64,000 nucleotides of DNA, from sequence record OQ174503.1; one strand, given 5' to 3'. A model generated the notes under the pieces. That model made no database searches. It was not told where the DNA came from and saw nothing but the letters and a program-made list of their open reading frames with translations. This document shows, piece by piece, positions 18,091-27,169 of the stretch. The stretch's first letter is position 1. Each line of letters starts with the position of its first letter. Both the position numbers and the translations under genes were made by a program. The DNA comes from Escherichia phage REP4.

Positions 18091-18626
18091 TGCATTCCGA
18101 TTACGAAAAACTGTGGACGAGTAATACCACCAATGCAACATTTAATATTACAGCAGCAGTGTACAGTGTCAATATGGACACTATAAATCTTATCCATATC
18201 AGGAGATTTGACAGGCTCATCAATTATATATAAAATTCGCGAAAGCTTTAAACCTCTGAACTTGCTTCCTTTATTACCGATAAAACTGCGCACAGAATCA
18301 GTAAATAAACGAAAACGTATATCATCATTAGAATAACGCGAAAATTCCTTTTTAATGTTATTTGCAGAAATTTTAGCGTAAGCTGAAGTATTAGAAAGAA
18401 CAATAACTGTTCCGCCATCATACAACCAATTAGCAGCAAAGTTAGTCACAGCAATTGATTTACCGGATTGACGTCCACCGTCTAGTCGAAGTGTGCAATA
18501 CTGTTTAAGTAATTCTTCAAATGGCGGGATATATTCGTTTTTACAAATTTCTTCTACTCTAGCATCAGAATGGTGTGTAAAAGCATTCATCAGGGATAGA
18601 TAAGGACCAGTTAAAAATGTTCTCAT
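18087..18626 (-). CDS. Small P-loop NTPase-like protein
   Basis: 179-aa ORF with Walker-A-like GGRQSGKS and Walker-B-like ILYIIDEP. Confidence 0.5.
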   Translation of the reverse strand: MRTFLTGPYLSLMNAFTHHSDARVEEICKNEYIPPFEELLKQYCTLRLDGGRQSGKSIAVTNFAANWLYDGGTVIVLSNTSAYAKISANNIKKEFSRYSNDDIRFRLFTDSVRSFIGNKGSKFRGLKLSRILYIIDEPVKSPDMDKIYSVHIDTVHCCCNIKCCIGGITRPQFFVIGMQ

Positions 18627-18766
18627 TTCTTCTCTCTAAATTTGGGCCATTCCGTGGCGCATGAATTGTCCATTTCTGTATTTACCCATTACCGCACTTG
18701 GGCTCGACCTTATTACAGGTTGGCGGGAATCCCTCACAGAATCATGAGGTCCAGGTTGTTCCCATA

Positions 18767-19240
18767 TTATTTGAACGATTTAACGTACTGAATAGAACCT
18801 TTACTATTCACGAAAGCGATTTTACCATTTTTATTATACATGGTAGCAGTACGCTGATAGCCATAAGTTTGCTTACCAGATTGATAACCAACTAATGCAA
18901 AATTATCTTCACCCATTTTATTCTGTTTAGCGCGAATGCGTTCATGACCATGTGCCATAAGAACCTTAGCATCACCAGTTGCAATGGATCGACGAGTTTT
19001 TTCATCTTCAACTGTATTAACAAAGTCGTCAAATGAATCAAATTTAGCATGAGATTTATTATACAGTTTTCCATCTACTGCATAATTATATCCCTGTACA
19101 TCCATCTCAACTTCTGTACCATCATCCAATACAGCAGTGATTTTCTGTCCTTTTTTAAATTTCAAAAGATCAGTAAAAGATTCAGCAATAATTTGAGAAT
19201 TAATAGTTGCTTCAGTAATAAATTCTTGATATGTTTTCAT
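18767..19240 (-). CDS. Internal-protein-like head cargo protein with capsid-targeting sequence (MKTYQEFITE|A)
   Basis: N-terminal 10-residue motif matching the T4 IP capsid-targeting sequence and gp21 cleavage context (I-x-E). Confidence 0.7.
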   Translation of the reverse strand: MKTYQEFITEATINSQIIAESFTDLLKFKKGQKITAVLDDGTEVEMDVQGYNYAVDGKLYNKSHAKFDSFDDFVNTVEDEKTRRSIATGDAKVLMAHGHERIRAKQNKMGEDNFALVGYQSGKQTYGYQRTATMYNKNGKIAFVNSKGSIQYVKSFK

Positions 19241-19256
19241 GTGTATCCTTTAATTT

Positions 19257-19574
19257 TTATTCTTTAGGGAAGTTTTTAGAATATGCATCATAAAGCTTAT
19301 TTCCAATACGGCGGAAAACTCTAGCCGCAAAACGATTTTCTGGGTTTTTAATCATGATTTGCATCATATAAGTACCCGCGTCAGAAAGAGCTTCTTCATA
19401 GTACCCGTTAATTTCTTTAAGAGTCCTACGTTTACCACCAGGACCATCAACAGTGATTTTCCATTTACCTGTAGAAGTGCGACTTGGCGGCTCAACTTGT
19501 TCAATCCAGATATAACCGCCTTCTACACGTTGTCCTTGGGCAGATTCTGCAATAAATTCTTTAAACGTTTTCAT
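19257..19574 (-). CDS. Internal-protein-like head cargo protein with capsid-targeting sequence (MKTFKEFIAE|S)
   Basis: 105-aa ORF; capsid-targeting motif; own early-type promoter upstream. Confidence 0.7.
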   Translation of the reverse strand: MKTFKEFIAESAQGQRVEGGYIWIEQVEPPSRTSTGKWKITVDGPGGKRRTLKEINGYYEEALSDAGTYMMQIMIKNPENRFAARVFRRIGNKLYDAYSKNFPKE

Positions 19575-19610
19575 ATGGTTCCTTTAAATATTTTAATTAG
19601 TAACTATGAA

Positions 19611-19641
19611 TATACTATCACAGTTCTAGGAGAAAGTAAAC
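19611..19641 (-). promoter_or_regulatory. Early-type promoter upstream of IP-like gene
   Basis: GTTTAC at 19641..19636 and TGATAGTAT -10 region. Confidence 0.45.
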
Positions 19642-19645
19642 AACT

Positions 19646-20614
<969 letters not shown>

Positions 20615-20633
<19 letters not shown>

Positions 20634-21103
20634 TCAGTGATAAAATTATTTAAATTTTGAGTATATTTCTTTTCATCAAAAATCTTTTGCTGCCTACGTA
20701 ACCGCCATGGCATTTCAATGAACACGCACCATATTCCTGATAGTACTGCTGCTGTAAAAATATTAACAAGTATAATTAAAAGAATCCAATCTTCCGTTCT
20801 GCCTACTGGACTTTCTCCAAAGAAGCAAAATACAAATGATGTCACAGGAAAACTAATAATATACCACAGAATCATAATCTTATCTGTGAACCAATCAGCG
20901 TTCGTTAATTTAGCGCGACCATTATGAATACACACGAATTTATCATCTGTTGCAGTAGATGGCTTAACTGGTTGATATCCCATTCTAAACTCCCTAATCA
21001 GCAAATTTTTCATATCTTCGGAACAGCCATTCCAGTCAACTCTATCAACTGAAATGCCATCATCCCCGTCATCTAAATCATACCAGCGAGTTTTTAAAAT
21101 CAT
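20615..21103 (-). CDS. Membrane protein (array member 3), C-terminal ...FITECRKLK
   Basis: Track ORF 20615..21118; start at internal ATG overlapping upstream stop; hydrophobic helices. Confidence 0.5.
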
Positions 21104-21462
21104 TTGATTTTCCTGCAATCACTCACAAACTCTTTCATTGATTCATTTTCAATATAAGACATGTAGCTATTATATTCTTTTAATTGTATTTTGTAATCCT
21201 TTTTTCTTTGCCAATTTATTTTAAAATTATCATAATGAAAATATAGCATGGTACCAAAGAATGAAAATAATGAAATAATTTTAGTATAGCGAAGTTCACT
21301 CCAAACTTCTATTATATTTACTGTGCCGTCGATGTTTAAAATAAGACAGTCAATTAATAATCCAAAAAGACTACCCGCAAGAGCTGCAGCCAACGCCACA
21401 GCAAAAATTAAAAATGACTCAGGAAGCGAATATTTGACTTTATTTAGTTTTGGCTTTTGCAT
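21100..21462 (-). CDS. Membrane protein (array member 2), C-terminal ...EFVSDCRKIK
   Basis: 120-aa ORF with two hydrophobic helices. Confidence 0.5.
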   Translation of the reverse strand: MQKPKLNKVKYSLPESFLIFAVALAAALAGSLFGLLIDCLILNIDGTVNIIEVWSELRYTKIISLFSFFGTMLYFHYDNFKINWQRKKDYKIQLKEYNSYMSYIENESMKEFVSDCRKIK

Positions 21463-21836
21463 CGTGATTCCTTAACAAATTTCATAATTTCATCAAATTC
21501 ATACGCAGCAAGTTTAAGCTGATGTTCCTTTTTAATCTTTTTACACTGTGCTTTCCAATCACGTACGCGTTTACGATAATGCCTTCCTTGATACCAGTAT
21601 CCTACCCAATTTACAGGTACTAATAAAAGTGGAACTATTAATGGAAGAATTAGCATTAACACAAGTATTTCGCCAGAATCAATATCAGTCATAACATCTA
21701 AAACACCTCCAATAATCAATAGAATTACAAATGATATGAGTATAACAGGACCTATTAATACATCAGTAGGAATTAGCTGGCGCTTTAATTCATACTTCAA
21801 AGGTTTACTTGGAAGGTATAGTGATGGCTTTGACAT
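21444..21836 (-). CDS. Membrane protein (array member 1), C-terminal ...KFVKESRCKSQN
   Basis: Track ORF 21444..21857 begins with a non-ATG codon; first ATG at 21836 (MSKPSLY...). Confidence 0.5.
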   Translation of the reverse strand: MSKPSLYLPSKPLKYELKRQLIPTDVLIGPVILISFVILLIIGGVLDVMTDIDSGEILVLMLILPLIVPLLLVPVNWVGYWYQGRHYRKRVRDWKAQCKKIKKEHQLKLAAYEFDEIMKFVKESRCKSQN

Positions 21837-22413
21837 ATTCTCTACATTCCTTAACAAATTTTTCTAGTAATAAATCACTTTCAAAATTAGGATTTTCCAC
21901 TAATTTATCAAAAAGATCATCAACAATATTCAAGATATTTCTTTTACTAAGAATACGTTTATTTTCATGCTTCGTTTCAGAATCAACTATAAGAGTAAAG
22001 AAATATTTCTTTCCCTGAAATTTTACTGTAGTATCAATATAGAATAAATTTGACTTTTGTAAGTTACGTTTAAACCATGCGTCACTTAAACTATAAACAC
22101 CGAGATAATCAAAATCGTCGTTTAAATAACAAACTGTCCATTCAGGAGAAATGAAATCAGTAAATTCAACATCAAAATCACATGTCAATAAATGAATTGA
22201 TTCAATATTGTTAATAAGTATTCCAGGACGTATTAAAGACTTTTTACCTCTGGAAAATCTTCCAGAAAGACTTTCATCAGTTTCATATGAAGAACCCCAA
22301 TAATAATTACGTCCTTCTGCCATACGTTTAAGAGCATTTAGTAATTGATCTGGAACATCAACCTGTCTTTGGAACTCTTCAAACATTGAATTGAAATCAC
22401 TTTGCATTTTCAT
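21805..22413 (-). CDS. Hypothetical soluble protein, C-terminal ...EKFVKECREYVK
   Basis: 202-aa ORF starting ATG. Confidence 0.5.
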   Translation of the reverse strand: MKMQSDFNSMFEEFQRQVDVPDQLLNALKRMAEGRNYYWGSSYETDESLSGRFSRGKKSLIRPGILINNIESIHLLTCDFDVEFTDFISPEWTVCYLNDDFDYLGVYSLSDAWFKRNLQKSNLFYIDTTVKFQGKKYFFTLIVDSETKHENKRILSKRNILNIVDDLFDKLVENPNFESDLLLEKFVKECREYVKAITIPSK

Positions 22414-22454
22414 TCCTATTTACTCCAAGTAATAGGGGCCGAAGCCCCTTATCA

Positions 22455-23048
22455 TTATTTCAGAGAATTAATGTATTCCTGAACATCGGCAGAAGTAGTT
22501 TCAACCCCAGAAATATTACCGTTAAAGGTTTCAACTCGAGCAAGGGTATCTTCAATATCAACCTTAGTCAGTGCTGCAATTTCAACTACATCATCAGCAG
22601 TACTAATTCCAAGGGCATTTGCCGCACGAGTTTCACGGATATATTCCAATTTAACTGCAAGTTCTTGGCGAGCATCATCTAACTCAACTACTTTCTTAGC
22701 GATTTCAATTCGCATTTCGGCATAACCGTCAGCCTTAGTAGTCAACTGCTCAGCTGTTCGACGATATAGTAAACCAAGTTTAGCATGCATTGTTACATCT
22801 TGACCTTCGGAAAGAAGCTTGCGAATTTCACGCTCTTTTGATTCGGCCTGTCGATTCTTTTCGATAACAAGTTCACGAATACGTTTTTCTTCATTAATAG
22901 ATTTAACGGAAGCAGTTTTTAGATCTTTAATTTTATCAAGTAGTTTTGCTGCTGCAGCAGTATACTGTTCTTCAACAGATAGATTTTTAGCCATAGCAGA
23001 ACCAAGTTTAGTGCGAATAAAATCAACAATTTTCTTCAGTGTGTTCAT
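22455..23048 (-). CDS. Coiled-coil protein with PspA/IM30-like architecture (tentative)
   Basis: 197-aa, predominantly helical, charged heptad-rich sequence with amphipathic N-terminus [15 protein letters not shown]. Confidence 0.35.
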   Translation of the reverse strand: MNTLKKIVDFIRTKLGSAMAKNLSVEEQYTAAAAKLLDKIKDLKTASVKSINEEKRIRELVIEKNRQAESKEREIRKLLSEGQDVTMHAKLGLLYRRTAEQLTTKADGYAEMRIEIAKKVVELDDARQELAVKLEYIRETRAANALGISTADDVVEIAALTKVDIEDTLARVETFNGNISGVETTSADVQEYINSLK

Positions 23049-23091
23049 AGTATTTCCTTAGGTTAATTAAGATTTAAAATCCATGAGAGTA

Positions 23092-23268
23092 TTATACTCC
23101 GGATAGTTTGTAAACTATTTCAACATCGCCTTTTGCTGCTTTATAACCTTCAGCCCAAGATACAACCGAGTTTTTATCTGAAGATTCAAATTCTGGCATT
23201 GGACTTTCATCAATGTTCACACAGTATGTTTCTTCATTTTCGTCAAACCAAATAGTTAAAGTAGTCAT
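23092..23268 (-). CDS. Small acidic hypothetical protein (58 aa) missed by ORF track
   Basis: ATG at 23268..23266 preceded by GGAGAAATAA; translation MTTLTIWFDENEETYCVNIDESPMPEFESSDKNSVVSWAEGYKAAKGDVEIVYKLSGV. Confidence 0.4.
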   Translation of the reverse strand: MTTLTIWFDENEETYCVNIDESPMPEFESSDKNSVVSWAEGYKAAKGDVEIVYKLSGV

Positions 23269-23336
23269 TTATTTCTCCGCTTCTGTGATTGTTTTGATAA
23301 GTCTATAATAACACCGTCCTTGGTGTTTGTACACAC

Positions 23337-23600
23337 TTATTTCATATTATTGAAATATTCTTCTGCGATTTCATCGTTATCGTGGTAAACTTTAGAAGAC
23401 AGTTTAACATAACCTTCAGCAGTGAACATATTAATCACAACTTTTACAGTATACCACTGACCGTCTTCATTACCCATTACTGCGTAAGTTTCAAACATCG
23501 GATGGTCAGGACCGATGACTTTAATATCATTCACTGTACGACCGAAATCTTCTGAAACGCATTTCATAAAGAAGTTGAACAGTTCGCCGTAATTATCCAT
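23337..23600 (-). CDS. Hypothetical protein (start at internal Met MDNYGELF...)
   Basis: Track ORF 23337..23654 overlaps promoter; internal ATG has GGAG RBS. Confidence 0.5.
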   Translation of the reverse strand: MDNYGELFNFFMKCVSEDFGRTVNDIKVIGPDHPMFETYAVMGNEDGQWYTVKVVINMFTAEGYVKLSSKVYHDNDEIAEEYFNNMK

Positions 23601-23644
23601 TTCATTCTCCAAGTTGTTTTTCTGTATCAGTAGTTGATAGTTGT

Positions 23645-23674
23645 ATAGTACCACGGAAGAACAGGGATGTAAAC
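23645..23674 (-). promoter_or_regulatory. T4 early-type promoter with conserved leader
   Basis: GTTTAC at 23674..23669, TGGTACTAT, ACAACTATCAACTACTG. Confidence 0.55.
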
Positions 23675-23840
23675 AATTTTGTGAAAAAATTTTTAAAAAG
23701 TTTTAGGGAATTCTAGGGAAGGGAGGGGCAATTAAAGGATAGGATAATATATTATAAAGGGTAGAAACTAAATGATGCCTAGAGAGGTCCAGAAAGGCCT
23801 AGATATCAAAAAGCCCTATCATTTAGATAGGGATTTAAAA

Positions 23841-24404
23841 TTATTTACCTAGTTTAGTTATTATAGCTTCTGCGGCAGCTTTTAGTTTAGATGCGGTGTT
23901 AATACGATTTTTAATTTCAGTATACGCATCGCCAAGAACGTCAAGGCTATCAGAATAAACGCTTACACTATTGCGTTCGCTATTTGAAATAGAACCTTTA
24001 GTTTTACGATCAAAATCAATGTACACGTCTTGAAGATCATGGGCTGCCTTCTTTGCATCATCCAATGCATCAAGAGCTTTATTCAAAGCATTAACGTATT
24101 TTTTAGTGTCGAACATATTCTTAGAAATTTTAACAGGCGCACGTTCAGGAGTAGCTAAGGCAGATTTAGGAACCTGAGCGCCAGATGCCAGTTTCTTAGA
24201 AATTTTGAAAAATGCTTTATTGAATTTATTTTCTTGACTCATCGTAAAAGAACTATTATCGATGTTATACATTTCAATAGCTTTAGCTTTCCACTTAAGA
24301 AAATCGCCACGGTCTTTTGGGTCCAATTGGAAGAATACTTTAGTAAGTTCTGCTTCAGATGGTAATTTTGCTGCTTCGGTTAAAAATTCGGCATAAGTTT
24401 TCAT
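23841..24404 (-). CDS. Internal-protein-like head cargo protein with capsid-targeting sequence (MKTYAEFLTE|A)
   Basis: 187-aa ORF with capsid-targeting motif; terminator hairpin of the upstream gene lies just before it. Confidence 0.65.
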   Translation of the reverse strand: MKTYAEFLTEAAKLPSEAELTKVFFQLDPKDRGDFLKWKAKAIEMYNIDNSSFTMSQENKFNKAFFKISKKLASGAQVPKSALATPERAPVKISKNMFDTKKYVNALNKALDALDDAKKAAHDLQDVYIDFDRKTKGSISNSERNSVSVYSDSLDVLGDAYTEIKNRINTASKLKAAAEAIITKLGK

Positions 24405-24494
24405 TTAAAATCCTTGAAATAATCTATCGGTTGGTTATTAATTATTTATTACTTTGTTATTATCCGTAACAGCGTTATCCGAGTGATTCAAACT

Positions 24495-24522
24495 AAAAAG
24501 CCCCAACCTTTCGGTCGGGGCT
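24495..24522 (-). terminator. Intrinsic terminator after IP-like gene 24530..25003
   Basis: 10-bp stem AGCCCCGACC/GGUUGGGGCU, GAAA loop, UUUUU; identical copy at 25054-25081. Confidence 0.75.
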
Positions 24523-24529
24523 AAGAATG

Positions 24530-25003
24530 TTATTTGATTTGTTTAGCAGACCAAATGCGGTCTTTGATGATTTTTTGGAGATCTTCAACATACTCTAGGT
24601 CATGAGCATGTGGATTATCTTTGAAACTATAGGCACGGGCTAATTTTTGGCCTTCGGTTTTAATTACTAAAAGCTCTTTAAGGATAGCTTCATATTTAGC
24701 GATAATTCCTTTAACAATATTTTTTTCTTGTGCAGCTTTAGGATCTGCTTTAGGAGCAGGTTTACCCGAAGCCTTTGCAAAAGCAGCACCAGTAGCAACT
24801 AAACTTTTCCAGGCCATACTAACCGCATTTCCTGTAAATCCTTCTGCTTTCATGTCGCGAGCAAACTGGAATCGTGATTCGTCAGAAGCATCTTTATAGG
24901 AATATTTACCCGCTGCAATGGCTGCTTTTGCGACAGCTTGAATTTCGGTGCTAGATGCTTCATTTAACACCGCTTCATTTAAAAATTGAGCATATGATTT
25001 CAT
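24530..25003 (-). CDS. Internal-protein-like head cargo protein with capsid-targeting sequence (MKSYAQFLNE|A), Ala/Lys-rich
   Basis: 157-aa ORF; late-promoter motif (TATAAATA on minus strand) at 25044-25051; intrinsic terminator downstream. Confidence 0.65.
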   Translation of the reverse strand: MKSYAQFLNEAVLNEASSTEIQAVAKAAIAAGKYSYKDASDESRFQFARDMKAEGFTGNAVSMAWKSLVATGAAFAKASGKPAPKADPKAAQEKNIVKGIIAKYEAILKELLVIKTEGQKLARAYSFKDNPHAHDLEYVEDLQKIIKDRIWSAKQIK

Positions 25004-25043
25004 CTTATTTCCTGTTTTAATTCGTGGATTTAATATACTACTA

Positions 25044-25051
25044 TATTTATA
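25044..25051 (-). promoter_or_regulatory. Late promoter (TATAAATA) upstream of IP-like gene 24530..25003
   Basis: Plus-strand TATTTATA immediately after the upstream terminator. Confidence 0.55.
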
Positions 25052-25053
25052 CT

Positions 25054-25081
25054 AAAAAGCCCCAACCTTTCGGTCGGGGCT
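25054..25081 (-). terminator. Intrinsic terminator ending the tRNA/small-RNA transcription unit
   Basis: Exact copy of the hairpin and U-tract at 24495-24522. Confidence 0.75.
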
Positions 25082-25390
25082 AAGCCTTGCGGCAACCTTG
25101 TCGGGGTTCCACCTGCTAAGGCAAGTGTTTGTACGAAACGCCGGGATTCGAACCCGGTTATTAAGCAGTTGACGCTACTTAATATTTTTAAAAGGCCATA
25201 TCTCGACCATATCCGAACGTTCCGTCAAAAACGCTACTCGGCTTACGGCAAAGATATTTCCTCGAATCGATAATTCGGTGCGCCGTTTCTGCTGTGATGT
25301 AAGAGGGCATCAACAAATCATAAAGATTTATTAACACAATTCCTTACCCAGGGAACATCAGTCCGACGACTTACCGGTAGCGACCCGGTT
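25082..25390 (-). ncRNA. Non-coding stretch between the tRNA-cluster ORF and a terminator; contains a tRNA-like T-arm (CCGGGTTCGAATCCCGG); position of the T4 stable RNAs rnaC/rnaD
   Basis: No ORF of 60 aa or more; T-arm-like element at about 25141-25157 (minus sense); ends at intrinsic terminator 25054-25081. Confidence 0.35.
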
Positions 25391-25392
25391 TC

Positions 25393-25743
25393 TTAATATT
25401 CTTTTAAAGCATCAATCTGTTCACGACGTTTACGCCATAAATCAATTGCTTCATACGCAGATTCAGCATTTCGAATTGGACGGCATTTATATAAAGACTT
25501 GTGATTTTGATATTGCGTAGATAACGGAATTTTATCTAAAAGGTCTTTACGTTCAAAGTATTCGTAACCATCTAAGCCAAATGAACGATTTTTGAGAAAT
25601 TGCCAATGACCAAATTCGTTTTGAATATAAATATAATCCGCGTGTTGATAAAGTAAATTAATTTCACGAAATGAGATATGTTTTTCATATTCATTGAAGT
25701 AAAATGTTAAATCATGAACTACTAAATAAACATTACCTTTCAT
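25393..25743 (-). CDS. Hypothetical protein immediately downstream of the tRNA cluster
   Basis: 116-aa ORF with RBS-like GTGAGGAAA before the ATG. Confidence 0.45.
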   Translation of the reverse strand: MKGNVYLVVHDLTFYFNEYEKHISFREINLLYQHADYIYIQNEFGHWQFLKNRSFGLDGYEYFERKDLLDKIPLSTQYQNHKSLYKCRPIRNAESAYEAIDLWRKRREQIDALKEY

Positions 25744-25761
25744 ATTTTCCTCACTTATAAT

Positions 25762-25837
25762 TGGTCGAGGCAGTAGGGATCGAACCTACGACCTAGGACT
25801 TAGAAGGTCCTTGCTCTTCCTTCTGAGCTATGCCCCG
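25762..25837 (-). tRNA. tRNA-Arg (anticodon UCU), CCA encoded
   Basis: Manual fold: acceptor CGGGGCA/TGCCTCG, anticodon loop CTTCTAA, T-loop GGTTCGATCC. Confidence 0.85.
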
Positions 25838-25841
25838 TAAT

Positions 25842-25917
25842 TGGGGTGACCGATGGGAGTCGAACCCATGACTACGAGAATCACAATCTCGAGTTCTACC
25901 AACTGAACTACGGCCAC
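25842..25917 (-). tRNA. tRNA-His (anticodon GUG), discriminator C73, CCA encoded
   Basis: Manual fold: acceptor GTGGCCG/CGGTCAC, anticodon loop TTGTGAT, 3' end ...CACCCCA as in bacterial tRNA-His. Confidence 0.8.
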
Positions 25918-26030
25918 ATTAATACCTACTCCAACAATCAAGATGTCTTCACACGAAATTAAGAGAAGAGTGATCAGTTCAACCCTATAATCGCGTCAAG
26001 TAGATATTAATGTGACAGTTGTCACAAATT

Positions 26031-26105
26031 TGGCGGACGTGATAGGATTCGAACCTATAACCAATCGCTTAACAGGCGATCGCTCTGCCATTGAGCTACA
26101 CATCC
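26031..26105 (-). tRNA. tRNA-Asn (anticodon GUU), CCA encoded
   Basis: Manual fold: acceptor GGATGTG/CACGTCC, anticodon loop CTGTTAA. Confidence 0.8.
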
Positions 26106-26109
26106 AAAT

Positions 26110-26196
26110 TGGTGGGGAGTGATGGAGTCGAACCACCCGAGTCGCAATGACAATGGATTTACAGTCCACACCGCTACCTCTACGGGATAACTCCCC
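26110..26196 (-). tRNA. tRNA-Tyr (anticodon GUA), long variable arm, CCA encoded
   Basis: Manual fold: acceptor GGGGAGT/ACTCCCC, anticodon loop CTGTAAA, 87 nt. Confidence 0.8.
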
Positions 26197-26209
26197 TTAA
26201 TTCTTAATT

Positions 26210-26284
26210 TGGTGGCCCTGGGTGGAATTGAACCACCATCTGGCGATTATGAGTCGCTTGCTTGAACCTTCCAGCTACAGGGCC
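26210..26284 (-). tRNA. tRNA with CAU anticodon (T4-type tRNA-Ile reading AUA, or Met)
   Basis: Manual fold: acceptor GGCCCTG/CAGGGCC, anticodon loop CTCATAA. Confidence 0.8.
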
Positions 26285-26285
26285 T

Positions 26286-26361
26286 TGGTGCTGATTGACG
26301 GAATCGAACCGCCGACCTTCTCATTACAAGTGAGTTGCTCTACCTACTGAGCTAAATCAGC
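26286..26361 (-). tRNA. tRNA-Thr (anticodon UGU)
   Basis: Manual fold: acceptor GCTGATT/AATCAGC, anticodon loop CTTGTAA. Confidence 0.8.
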
Positions 26362-26366
26362 AAAAC

Positions 26367-26456
26367 TGGCGGAGGCGATAGGATTTGAACCTATGAGTCG
26401 CCGGAGCGACTGCCGGTTTTCAAGACCGGTGCATTAAACCACTCTGCCACGCCTCC
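26367..26456 (-). tRNA. tRNA-Ser (anticodon UGA), long variable arm
   Basis: Manual fold: acceptor GGAGGCG/CGCCTCC, anticodon loop CTTGAAA; directly follows tRNA-Pro (dimeric precursor arrangement as in T4). Confidence 0.8.
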
Positions 26457-26457
26457 A

Positions 26458-26532
26458 GTCTCCATACAAGGATTTGAACCTTGGACCTCCTGATCCCAAA
26501 TCAGGCGCTCTACCAAACTGAGCTACACGGAG
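26458..26532 (-). tRNA. tRNA-Pro (anticodon UGG), 3' CCA not fully encoded
   Basis: Manual fold: acceptor CTCCGTG/TATGGAG, anticodon loop TTTGGGA; 2-nt spacer to tRNA-Ser. Confidence 0.8.
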
Positions 26533-26542
26533 TAAATTAAAT

Positions 26543-26616
<74 letters not shown>

Positions 26617-26621
26617 AAATT

Positions 26622-26708
26622 TGGTGCGAGAAGTGGGACTCGAACCCACAAGGAAATCATTCCGCAGCATTTTAAGTGCTGTGCCTTTACCAATTTGACC
26701 ATTCTCGC
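26622..26708 (-). tRNA. tRNA-Leu (anticodon UAA), long variable arm
   Basis: Manual fold: acceptor GCGAGAA/TTCTCGC, anticodon loop CTTAAAA. Confidence 0.8.
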
Positions 26709-26709
26709 G

Positions 26710-26782
26710 CTGGGAATAAAGGACTCGAACCTTTGCATCCTGGAATCAAAATCCAGTGCCTTACCAACTTGGCTAATTCCCA
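26710..26782 (-). tRNA. tRNA-Gln (anticodon UUG), U1 start, CCA not encoded; forms a dimer with tRNA-Leu
   Basis: Manual fold: acceptor TGGGAAT/ATTCCCA, anticodon loop TTTTGAT. Confidence 0.8.
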
Positions 26783-26879
26783 ATTATTAACAAAGGCTCT
26801 CAAGCAAGAACCCTTGATGATAGAGGGTATTAATCAGTGCGATATGAGTTAATAATAACAAATAATTCTTAAAGCATAT

Positions 26880-27167
26880 TTACCATTTATGATAATACAT
26901 ATTTACGATGCATTCAAGACCCAAAGGATTCTTGAAAATATCATATTCAAGAGGACCTTTTTCCGTTTCAATAAAGAAATCAAAATTTACTGTATTAAAT
27001 TTACGGTCTTCCTTCACTAATTTAACTTGAGAAGATGAACGATCAATGTAAACCTTTTCAACTTCAAAACATGTTAAAATGCCATAATCATCAATCAAGG
27101 CTTTAGCTGCTTCTTGATCATATTTATATCCATTTTCAATGGATGATACTTTCGCATAAAGAATCAT
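26880..27167 (-). CDS. Hypothetical protein
   Basis: 95-aa ORF. Confidence 0.45.
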   Translation of the reverse strand: MILYAKVSSIENGYKYDQEAAKALIDDYGILTCFEVEKVYIDRSSSQVKLVKEDRKFNTVNFDFFIETEKGPLEYDIFKNPLGLECIVNMYYHKW

Positions 27168-27169
27168 TA

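Noticed and set aside
25393-25743. The 116-aa ORF next to the tRNAs as a remnant of the homing endonuclease SegB
   Set aside because: No GIY-YIG or HNH motif is recognisable and the protein is much shorter; left as hypothetical.
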